Shown here piece after piece: positions 45,357 to 56,600 of a stretch of DNA of 64,000 bases (position 1 is its first letter; the number at the start of each line of letters is the position of its first letter). The notes below the pieces were generated by a model, which worked only from the letters and a program-made list of their open reading frames with translations, did no database searches and was not told where the DNA came from. Source of the DNA: Oikopleura dioica (taxonomy: Eukaryota; Animalia; Chordata); contig OU015569.1 in NCBI GenBank assembly GCA_907165135.1, positions 3,534,001 to 3,598,000 on the forward strand, in the 5' to 3' direction. The translations under genes and the position numbers were made by a program.

Positions 45357-46824
45357 ATGGAGAGTAGTGACGACGAATTTTATGGCTACGATGATGATGA
45401 TGACATGGAGATCGGACCAGATGCTCAAGATGCGATCGACCAGATGTCTGATTCTGACGAAGAAGTTGCCGTGCCAGCTCCTGCTCCTGTCAATCCGGTG
45501 GGACGAAGGGAACGGTAAAGACTTCATTTTTTATTTCTCTTTTGAGTGATTTGTAAGACGCGACTCGGACAACAACTACTTTGCTGAATACGACGATAAC
45601 GGCTACCGAGTCCCGCGGCGAGAGCTTAGAGGTGGAACCTTGACGAGTGCTCCAAATCAGAATTATCGCTCTTCGCATTCTCCTTCCCGGGAAGCTAACA
45701 AGGAGAACTTGGACAGGTCTGTCAAGGAACATGCCGCGAAAACCATCGATCAGATCGACCAGGGCATGAAGTTAGCCACGATTACTTACAAAAACAGTAT
45801 ATCTTACAAAGTACGACAGAATTTAAAAATAAAGACTATCTATTCTTTAGCTTGATCTAGATAATATCGGAATTGCGCAAATTCCCGAAATGATCTACAA
45901 CTATCAAGTCCAGCTCGACTTCGATCTCTTAGACGACTTCGAAGAAAAGCTGCTTAGCGACCCATCGGGCATCAAGGCCGATATGGTTGCGAACGGCCTG
46001 ATGACCTGCTCGGAGGATGATAAGTTGGAAAATTTTCTGTGAGTCGTTGATAATTTATTATAATTCTGAATGTTATTTTGTAGTTTCGCGAAGCATGAGA
46101 ACAACGAAATAATCGCCGTAAACCAGTCGAAATACAAGAAGTTCAAGAAGGGAATTACGAAGAAAGCCGTCAAAGAGCTGAAAGAAACGGAGTGGAAGCT
46201 ACCAGAAGAAAAGATCAAAGAATGCGTTGATGCTGTCAAAGTGATTTCCGGCGAGGTACTTCGCGCGAAGCATATCAGTAACATTTACAAAAACCGCTCG
46301 AATTTCCCCATCGACAAATTAGATGAGGGTGAGTCTTTTCTCTCGTAGGATCGGAGAAACCTTTCTTATAGAACTTGATCGTCGGGAAGACATTTTCGAA
46401 GCTGATGTAGACGCTGAGGGCGCTGAGACAATGGCTCGCTTCACAAACAGCATGAAGCAATATCGACATCTCTTCAGAAACTACCTGGGAGACCAGGATA
46501 GCGAGGACGACGATCTTGTTATGGAGGAGGAGGATTTGGTTTCCAAATGCCCGATTTCGAAGACACCCATTCGAATGGCTGCCAGAACAACGGTACCGAA
46601 CTTCAACTAACGCTGTAGTAAAACGTTTTTAGTGCAAGCATATCTTCGACTATAACTCTTTGATCAATATTTACGAGCAGAAATTCGGAAAAAGAATCAA
46701 AGACAGACCAGAAGTATGCCCTCAGCCCGGCTGCCAGGCTGAATTTACGAAGCTCGATATCCGCAAGGACGAAATCTACCAACGAAAGCTTGACCTCGCC
46801 CGTGAAAATGGAGAAATCGATTAA
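45357..46824 (+). CDS. NSMCE2: E3 SUMO ligase NSE2/MMS21 (SMC5/6 complex)
   Basis: C-terminal SP-RING KCPISKTPIRMAARTT | CKHIFD...CPQPGC; acidic N-terminus; ATG follows ttttatcctag/a. Confidence 0.75.
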
Positions 46825-47666
46825 ATATGTCTGTTTTCCTCTCACTAAAAGAAAATCAAATCTAGTTAACTTCTGCCATCTCATGTATTTTTATCGCTCT
46901 TTCTAAGGCACCCCGTCAGTATTTTTTTTCTTGGCTAGTTGGCTCATCTAGCTAGGCAAATAAAATTGCTGAGGGGGTTTCCCTCCAAATTTTTTTATCT
47001 ATTCAATTTGAAACCTCATAGAAACTCTTTCTATGAATCTTGCTTATTATAACTGAAATATCACTAAAAAAAACTCTAAATATTCCTAACGGTTGAACAA
47101 GCGTAATGTTTGCTTGCCTTTTTTGCACTGCCGCATACGCTGCATTGTAACAGAAAAGTTCAAAACGAATAAATAACTTCTATTGCAGTAGTTTTCATTC
47201 GTTAATTCTTTATGCTGAGGAACGCGACAGGGCAGGGATATTTACTTACTGCGAGAGACCAGATAGGTGGCTTAGACTTTTCAAAATCGCCACGGTATCG
47301 CCAGCATCTGGGGAAGAATTTCATATGAATTTCAAAATTCACGGACCCTTACAAAAGGGCAATAAGATTTGGTTCGGTTCTTATTTTCGAAGTTGTTTTT
47401 ACCGTTTTTGCGCCTTAATTTTGACTCTGGCGACATTTTTATCTGATGTGGGGTTTGTCTATGCGCGACCTTTTTTTCGGTTTCATTCGGCGTTCGAATC
47501 GCGCAGAGACAACCACCCTTGCACTTTTAGAGAGCAAAAAATCGGTTAGTAAAGGATTCAAGTTAATTCGCAGTTCTTTCGAACTCAATAGCATGCATGG
47601 AATGATAAAGCAGTACTGAGTGAATTTTGATACTCAAGAATCGAGATTTATTTGTTGTTTTTAGAA

Positions 47667-50600
47667 ATGGGAGACCAAGAGGAGGACTTGTCGAAATTGG
47701 CGACTTTCGACCTGGTCCAGCATAGCAACTGGAAGGGACGCAAGATGGGATATGAGCGGCTCTTGAAAGAGGTCCCAACTTATGTCCTTGAGCCAGAGAA
47801 GCTGAAGAAATTCTGCCCTTTGTTGAAAGGACTCGTCAGCGAGAAGAATGAGCTCAGCAGAATCCTCTCTTCTGAGCTAGCGTTTCTCATTCTCGAATCA
47901 GCAGAAACGAAAACAGTTGCCAAGTAAGCTATCTTACCCAAAAATCTCTTCTCTAAAATTCCGTTCAGGCACGTTTCTTCTGTGGTGGATGGGGTCATCA
48001 ACAACTGCTTCAGCTCGAAACCAAAAACGAAGCAGAACGGCGTTGATTGTGTCATGCAGTTTATCGAGCATGAGAAACACGCTGAAGCTTGCGCGGGGCT
48101 CTTGGAAGGCGTCAAAAACAAGAACCCAAAAGTCGTGACGGCGGCCGTCGAGACCTTGAATCAGGCTCTCTGCGAGTTTGGTCCAAAGGTCGTTCAATTG
48201 AAGCCGCTTTTCGATGAGCTTCCGAAACTTTTTCAGCACCGCGACAAAAATGTGCGAAACGCGACGAAGGACTTCTTTGTTGAAGCTTACTGCTGGGTGG
48301 GTGCAGCTGTGAAAAGCCAGCTCGAAAAAATCCCAAAAATCGAGCAGAACATCAAAGAATGCGAAGATGCTTGGAAAGACATGAAAAGCAAGGTAAAAGA
48401 GAGTAATTTTTTAATAAATAAGTAACTCATCTTTTAGAGCAAGCCGACTCGCTTTTTCAAGCGTCTCCAAGCTGAAAAAGAAGCAGAGGCGGCGACTGTA
48501 AACGAGGCTGGCGACGCTGGAGAAGCATGTGAAGAAGCAGCCAACGAAGAAGCGTTCGCTCAAGATGCGTGGGAGTATGCTCCCAAAATTGATCTTGGCG
48601 AGATTAAATCTGTGAAGTACGGAGAAGACAAGCTATCGTTTGCGGACGCGATGGCATCGAAGAAATGGAAGGACAGGGGTGCCGCTTTGGATAAGCTCAT
48701 GGAAATATTGAAGATCGACAAAGATACGATCATCAAAGTTCCTAAGGGTGACTACATCGCACTCATCACCGATCTTAAAGTCGTCATCAAGAAGGACACG
48801 AATGTTCTGCTAATCTCAAAAGCTTTGAAAATTGTTAAAGCTCTCGCGGATGGCATGAGGATGGGCTTTTCTCAGTACGGTGCTATCTTACTCCCTGAAA
48901 TCATCGCTCGCTTCAAGGAAAAGAAGGCCGCAGTTCTCGAGGTCGCGCGTGCAGCTGCTGATTCGATCGCTCTCGTGACGAAATTTCCAGACAGCTCGAT
49001 GGAGCTCGTTCTTTCTTCCCTCGAAGATAAAAATCCTGGTGTTCGTGCGGAAACGATGTCTTACATTTTCAGAAACGCGAGACCGAAGACAATCAAGTTT
49101 CAAAAAACCGTCATCAAAGAATTTTTAACTAAGGTGACGAAAAACATCGAGCATTCCGATAAAGGCGTCCGAGAAGCAGCTTATCGTGTGCTGGCACTGA
49201 TGAGCACTAAACTTGACGCAAAGATAATGAACACCTTCACAGCAGACTTTAAAGACGATCGTATGAAGCTTTATGAAGACGCTAAAGCGGAGCTAGCCAA
49301 AGCGCCCGCTCAGCAGATCATACAAGCTTCTCCTGCCACTTCAGCCGCCTCTGCGCCGCCGAAAAAAGTACCGCCTCCTGTAAAGAAAGTGCCGTCAAAA
49401 TCAAAAACTGCGCCTATGAAAAAAGCAAAGAAAGTACCTGACAAGAGAAAATGCCCAAAAGAGAACTCTGGAGATGCCGGGCCACCTTTAGAACCTGAAA
49501 TTGACGAACTAGCCGCTGTCGATATCTGCAATGAACTCTACGGAGAAGCGACGATCAAAAAAGTACAAGATAAAATCTGGAAAGTCCGCTTGGAGGGCCT
49601 TCAGGAGCTGTTCCAAAAAGCAGAGATAGAAGCCCCCGAGGAGATAAAGACGCAGGCGATTCTCAAAACACTGTCTCTCGCGCCTGGTTTCAAGGACTCA
49701 AACTTCCAATGCAACCAGGAGAAATTCAAAATCATCAAGGTTGCTGTGCGAAACCCAAAGCTGTCTGATACCTCGATCAACATTGTCTTTGGCTACTGTC
49801 TCGATAAGATCGCTGATCCGAAATGCTCTGCTGGATCCAAAGAGTCGCTTTCTTCAATGGCTGATTCTGTTTCACTTGCTCATCTTGCGCCTCGAGTGCT
49901 GTGCGAGGGAAATAAACTCAAAAGCGTCAAAAATGTAGCGGAGTGTTGGAGATGGTTCAGCGATGCTCTCCCTCAGTTTGGCTTTGGCAAGTTGGAACTC
50001 AAAGTAATAATCGAAGAAGCTGTGAAAGCTCTTGGTAACACTAATGCGATCGTCCGTAGTAATGCAGTCGACGCTATCGCCGCTCTTATCCGGTACGTTC
50101 CCCAGCTCCGTCCTAAGTTCGACGATCAAAAAGAAGCCATCAAGGCCCAAATAGACTCAGCAGTAGCAAAGTTCGACGGTCCACCACCTGCACCCACTCG
50201 TGGACCTGTGCTCAAAGCGCTAGTAGCTAAATCAGACAATAACGAAGACGATAATAATGCTGTGAACGAAGACGCTGAAGAGGACGATCTTATTCCACGT
50301 GAGTCAATCTCGAGCTCATTCACTCAAGATTTACTGGACAAACTCGGCGACAAGAACTGGAAACTGCGCAAAGAAGCACTCGAAGAGGTGAAAACGATCT
50401 TTGATAAGAATAAGTTCATAGCACCTGATCTTGGAGATCTTCCGCTTCCACTCTGCAAGCGACTTGTGGATGTAAACAAGGTCCTAGTTCAGATGGCTTT
50501 CGAAATCACAAGTGCAATTCCAGCTAGTCTTGGTGCAAAAGGAGCGAGAGCACATTGCCGCACCTTTACCGTGGCGATAATTGGAGCATTGAATGATTCA

Positions 50601-53600
50601 AAAGTTCAAATCCGTGAAAAGGGTATCAGTGCACTCGAAGCTTGGCTTAAAGAAGCACCTCTTTCCTACTGGTTCGACGACTCCAATTCCATTGCGGAAC
50701 TTCTCAGCGATGCTAAAAAAGTACATTTGCGGTATACCTTCTTGTCCTGGCTGTCCGATCATCTAGCTACCGCGAAAAAACTATCGTCCAGTTCACTGTC
50801 GGCTTGTCTTCCTCACCTGTACAATTGCCTTGAAGATCGCGATGCAAAAGTCCGTGAAGCAGCGACTAAATCGCTGGTCAGCTTTATGATCCATCTCGGC
50901 TTTCCAAAAATGGTCAAAGCTTGTGGAACCAACCAAAAAGTTCGCCTCGAGTTAGAAAAGGCCAGAGAAGCTCTTCCAAAAGTTGAAGTCAAAGCCGAAG
51001 TCATTAATCCTGATGTCTTGATGACGACTAAAGATTGTGGATCCCCGCCCACCAAGAAAACTAAAAAATCCGAAGAAAAGACTTCCACGGAAAAAGTCGA
51101 AAAGAAACCGGAAAAGAAGACACTCAAGAAGTCGAAGTCCTCTTCAAGATCGCTGAAGTTGGACAAGGATGATATCGGAGAAATTATCACGGGTATGTCA
51201 AAGATCTTTTTGCAAAAATATACTAACTCTTGTTTTTCAGGAACAGAGAAGGCCAAAGATAAACGGCGTCTCGAAGACCGAAAAAAGAAAACACTGACTT
51301 GTAGGGTAGGCCAAAAAAAAATGGAAGGTCCGTTTCATCCCTTTTTTCAATTTCAAATTAAAGTTAGTATAAAAACTGACTTTTTTTGTTTTGATTGTCA
51401 TACCCTCACGCGAGGGGAAGACACATTTTTAAGCCCTTCAAAACCGAAGGGCTTGAGGAAAAAATGGCGGCGCCGGGAATCGAACCCAAAACCTCCAGCT
51501 TGGTGGAGGACTGCGCTCACCACCAAGCCATCTCGACTTGGAGGTGGAGTAAAATAAAACATTTTTATATGATTTTTGATATTTTTAATATAAATTTTAT
51601 GAAAAAAATTCATTTTTTATTAAAAAAAAATTACTTTTTTTATAATTTGCCACAAGTGGCAGCAAGGAGCAGCCATTTTCGTCGTTGGTGGAGCAGGAGC
51701 ACGGATTTTCTTCCAGATTTCGAACTCTGGCGGAGAGACAGCGCAATATTTGCGCTTTTTTTCTAGGTGGTCGAGTGCCACGCTGGCAAATTTTGCCGGT
51801 GTTCAGTGCCGCCCGGCCTCCTTAGCATGGCCAGTTTTTTTTTAATTTTGAATTTATTTAAAATTTTAAAGAAGCTGGTCCCCCTTCCCCTAGAATTTAT
51901 GGTAAGATGGGGGCGGGCGCCGGCCAGTTCCGTCGCCGAGCCCCATTTCCCCAGAAACCCACCAGGGATGGTTTCGTCGAACCAGCCCGGCCCTAGCACC
52001 GCGAGGGGGGTCTAAGTGGTGGGTCTGGGGTTGCCCCCTGAAGCCGCGGTGACCGGACCGCTTTAGAGCAAGCCCTGCAGCTCCCTTGAGCAAGGAGTGC
52101 TGGTCTCTTTAGGCCAGCGGCAGGGCCCGAGCCCTTAGGATCCCACCGGCCGGGGCACTTGCCTGAGGCGGGATTATTATCCCACAACCCGAGCCTCTTA
52201 AGGGCAGTGCCCCCTGCCACCCCGACCGTTCCCCTGCCTAATCCGGATCTACGGGCAGGGGGCCCAAGCAAGCCAGGGGGGGGCTTTGCCCTTCCTTGGT
52301 GTGCCAGAAGAGAGCAGTCCACCCACCAGCACGGGTGACTCCCGGCGCGCCCCAACCCGTCCCCGGGATCGAGGGACTTGGTTTTGCCTCGGGCGAAATC
52401 AAGGCCCACCTGGCCCTTGGCTTAACAGCCTTGCGCCGGGCGAACCCGAAATGGGGGAAACTACGGGGGGCACTGGTGGGATTAGGGGGGCTGCCTGGCA
52501 CACGGGCTGTCGGGGTAAAAGTGGAAAAAAGGAGACGGGTCATGCCCAAATTTTGATTTTTTTTTTGTTTTTTAAAAAGAACTTTAAAATGATTTTAATG
52601 GTTAGTATGACTGTTCACAAGACTATTAACTATTCTAAGGTCATTTTTTAGTCAATAAAAAACAGAGATGATCGAAATTATGGCTGAGGGAGTAGGACTG
52701 TAGTGATTATTCATATTTATATGATCAGTTTCTTTAAACACAAGGATGATATAAATTGAATTATCGAGTCCCAAACCGAATAGGCATTGTGAACATTATT
52801 ACTTTCTTTATCGACGTACACATGGAACCGACGACTATTATCCAGGAATATTGCTTATTTTAAAAATCTTTTTGCAAGCAATCTCTGCAGACACAGACGA
52901 CTGGAACCGACGACTCATGGAACACCGCATATTCAACTTATACCAGAACATTCTCCATTTTTTTTGAAAGAGGAATCTACAAAAGCATTTTTACAATTAT
53001 TTTTTCCACACAATATTTTTTGTACTTTTTTCTTCTTTTGTTCATTCAGAAAATAGGTTTATAAATAACTAACGGGACTTTTTTTAGAAATCTCGGTATT
53101 TGTGAAATGTCCGCTTCGAAAATCTCCATCGACTCGAGTGTTCTCTCTGAACCAATGAAAATTGCTGAGCTTGCGAATCGTGCTGGTGTTCCTATCGAGA
53201 AGCTTGTTGCCCTTGCGAAAAAGAAACGAAATGCCAAAGAAAGGGAGGCAGCTAGCTCAAAGCTTGCGAGGAAAATTCTCAGCCACGCGTTCGCCTCCCG
53301 AGAATTCCTTCAAAAAAACACCCGAATTCTGGCAAGTCAACTCCTTACTTTCCCGAACAATGACGAAGTACAGCTTTTTGTTGGGCAACAGCAGGATTCA
53401 ATTCTTGATGCTTCAATGAGAAGCGAGACGAGCCTTGAAGAGTCTATGGGAGAAGACCATGGCTACGACACAACTGTCAATAGTCTCGATGTGTCTCATG
53501 CCATGTCATGTGACGATAGTGAGCTTGTCGAGGAAGACATCATTTCTTCTGGAATCAAGGATGATGCCATCGAAGAAGAACAAACAGCAACAGATAGTTC

Positions 53601-56600
53601 CTCCGTGTTGAAGGATCAAGTCATCCAGGCGATTATCAATTTTCCGAGATTCCGGGCGCATCACATGGAAAAAATACTGGAAATACTTAATGTTGATGTT
53701 GTGAATCCAGATGTGCCGTCCGATACCGAGTCGACCACTGATGCAGAGTCAGTCGCTTCTAATTTCAGTGATTCTTTGGAAGACGAGAAACTCCCCACAT
53801 TGGACAATAACCGAGAAAAATTTTCTCTTTTGAAGTTGATGTCAGAAAGCAACTTGAGGTGAATTTCTTTCTCATAAAATTTATAATAATATCTTTTTCA
53901 GTTCCTATCAAGCTCAAAATGTCGCAGAAGAACTCATTCAACCTGAAAAAGCCCGAGGGCTTAGTTCGCGAAATCTTCGAAGGCTGACAAACTGTTCTGA
54001 AGAGTTGAGCACGGAGCAACTCATCCGGGTCATCGAGAATTCCGACGAATTTGTCCTTGGAACTGACGGCTCGAAAATCGCTTCGAAAAATTCCAAAGTT
54101 ACACCATCCGAGCCGGGCAAGAGTGTTACATCTTTCGAATGGTCAACATCCCAAACGAAGTTTCTGAAACCGTTTGTGAAGCATTTACGACTTATCTGTC
54201 GGAGTTTCCTCGAGAGACTCAAATACAGTTTGCGTCAAAGGTAAACTTAAACGCATTTATTCAAACCAACATTATTATATAGTGCATTGCATTGAGCAGT
54301 GATTCCGCCCCGTCCGCATTGAAAGCCTGCAGGCTCATCATGTCAGCCTTGGACAAGATTCATCCCCGAGAAAGGCTCCAGTTGAAGTGCAGTATGCATA
54401 GGGTTGTACATTGTGAGAAAGGAATCCGATCATGCATAAAGGGTGTCTTCGATTCGATCTTGGAGTTTTGCGAAGCCTACCTTACCTGCAGCCGTAATCA
54501 CGGACTACACTCAAGCAAGGGCCAGCAGCTCGAAGTTTACTTGCAGGCTCTGCGTCTTCGGGACGGACTGGAGAGAGTGACAAAGCCTCTAGAAATGCAA
54601 AGCCATGTTCGGTAAAAGATCTCATTAAAATCCGATTTACATAAGTCTTCTAGCTTTGGCAATCTCACGCATAACACCCAACGTTTGGTCGTTAATTACA
54701 CCGACATCACCAGCTTTGTTCGCTATGAACTTGAACTCGAAGACGATGCGAAAGTTATGGAAGAGAACAAATCGAAAGCAGTTTGCGAATTCGCCAGCTC
54801 TGCATTGGTTTACAGTGTTATCGTTGCGCCATATTGGAGTCGTGTGTCTGGATTGTTGTCATCAGAGAATTATTTGGGGCTTGAAGAATACTTCATTAAA
54901 ATTCTTCGAGATGTTGCGGAATGCGCTTCTCCAGCTTTATTTCTCCTTGAAGAAGCTAAAAAGACTGAAGTCGAGTGGGAGTGTGGCTTTGAAATGGCTG
55001 TTTTGCAATTGACTGCTGACCAGAACACGTCCAAATATCTTGATGATTGTATAAAGCTTCGACTCAAAGCTGTGAATGAGCGATTTTCCAAGTTTGCTAT
55101 CGACTGCTCATTTCCTTTTACCAAGGAAATAACGTTTACGAATCAGGTTTACTCAGCAATTTATTTCAAAAAATAATTTTAATAAGGACTGCGAAAGAAG
55201 CTTTTCAAACGCGAAAGATCTCTTTTCCCGGAAATTCAACATGGACACGAAGAAATTCGAGACCAATGTCATGACTCGATTTAACATGACCTACAGTTTT
55301 TGGCAACGTCAGCCGGATTTCGAAGAAAAACTCTCGAAGATATTGGCTAAGGCCTCTTCAAAAGAAGCAAAGAATACGGAGAGACGAAAGTCTTTACGAA
55401 TTGAGTCGGCGGCGAGAAAACTTGAGGAAATCCAAGAAGGTGAAGCGAGACGGACACGATTGGCCGTTTTTCATGCTGTTATCGGGGAGAACAAGCTCTG
55501 GCCTTCTGACGATAATGAGGTTAAAGAGTTCATTCATATAAAATAACAAATATTTATAGAACGACGAGAACGAATGCTTCGAAAAGTTTCTACAACTCAT
55601 CAAGCCAAGCTTTACCGGAAAAGTTTCTCTTCGAGAATTTCGTGGACATGTTTTGGATTTCTTGAACAGTCAATTGTCCGAAGAGGACAGGAATGTCATC
55701 AATTCAACCCTGAAGAAAAAGAGATCGAAAAAAGAGCTGTTCACCCAAACTGTTGAGTTTTACAATAAAAATCAATGATTTATCAAAGTACTTAAATTTC
55801 TTGTTTTTATTTTTTCGAAAAAAAAATTGGTTTTACTGGGATTCGAACTCGTGCCTCTTGTATTTGTGACTCTTGCTTATTGTATTTTTAAAGTCTAAAT
55901 CGTTTCAATAGATTGATATATGGCGCCTTAACAGCTAACATTTTGATATTTGATTTTTTGGACATTTTTATATAATTTTGATCTCACGTGACATCACATG
56001 ACCCTCGATTACCAAGAGTCACGTGTCAAAATAATCAGTGGATCATAAGCTTTCGTTTGATATGTTAATCATCCCTATAAAGGGTTGTTTAAAAAAAATT
56101 GATTTTACTACTCCGCGTAAATACGTATGCGGTACACCTTCTTATGAAATTTTGAATGTCTTCCCCTCGCGCTAGATGGTCTGTCAGATACTCAAAATGT
56201 TCGTCTTTTTAAGATCTTTCTAATAAAGTAAAAAAAACTTCTGAAACGCAGGTACAAAAAAAGTTATGAGCCAAAAACCGTATTTTTAGGTTTTGAACCC
56301 TCCGGAAAGTAGGGAAGAAAAAATTTTTTTGGATTTTTTTTTGTTAAAAATTTATTTATGGGCAAAAAACATTAATCTCGTAAAGTTTAAAGGAAATCTA
56401 AGGACCATCCCTTTTTTTGGCCTACCCTACTGACTTGGTACTTCGACCCAGGAACCGCTTGTGGTAAAGAGCTCATCGAGCAACTGAATAGGCAGATATC
56501 GTCTTCTTTTGGGGAAAAGTTCGCCGCTCTCATGCATAAATCCGACTCAACAGCCATTGGTCGAGTCCTGGACATCATTCAGTCCCAGCCTACTGATAAG

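Larger units (their letters stand above)
51302..56429 (+). mobile_element. hAT-superfamily DNA transposon, 5,128 bp, apparently full length
   Basis: Perfect 8-bp TSD CTGACTTG (51294-51301 and 56430-56437); TIRs TAGGGTAGGCC-A(n)...; 14-bp subterminal inverted motif CGCGAGGGGAAGAC (51409-51422 and 56158-56171); internal DDE transposase. Confidence 0.93.

Noticed and set aside
51465-51537. A functional tRNA-Trp(CCA) gene
   Set aside because: The acceptor stem does not pair and the anticodon loop is irregular; kept only as a tRNA-like relic.
51302-51557. C-terminal part of the 981-aa ORF (CRVGQKKMEGPF...) as genuine CKAP5 sequence
   Set aside because: It is read-through into the transposon's left end; homology resumes at 56430.
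51763-52651. Short ORFs in the GC-rich island as real genes
   Set aside because: They overlap on both strands, as expected from high GC content, and show no recognisable motifs or splice context.
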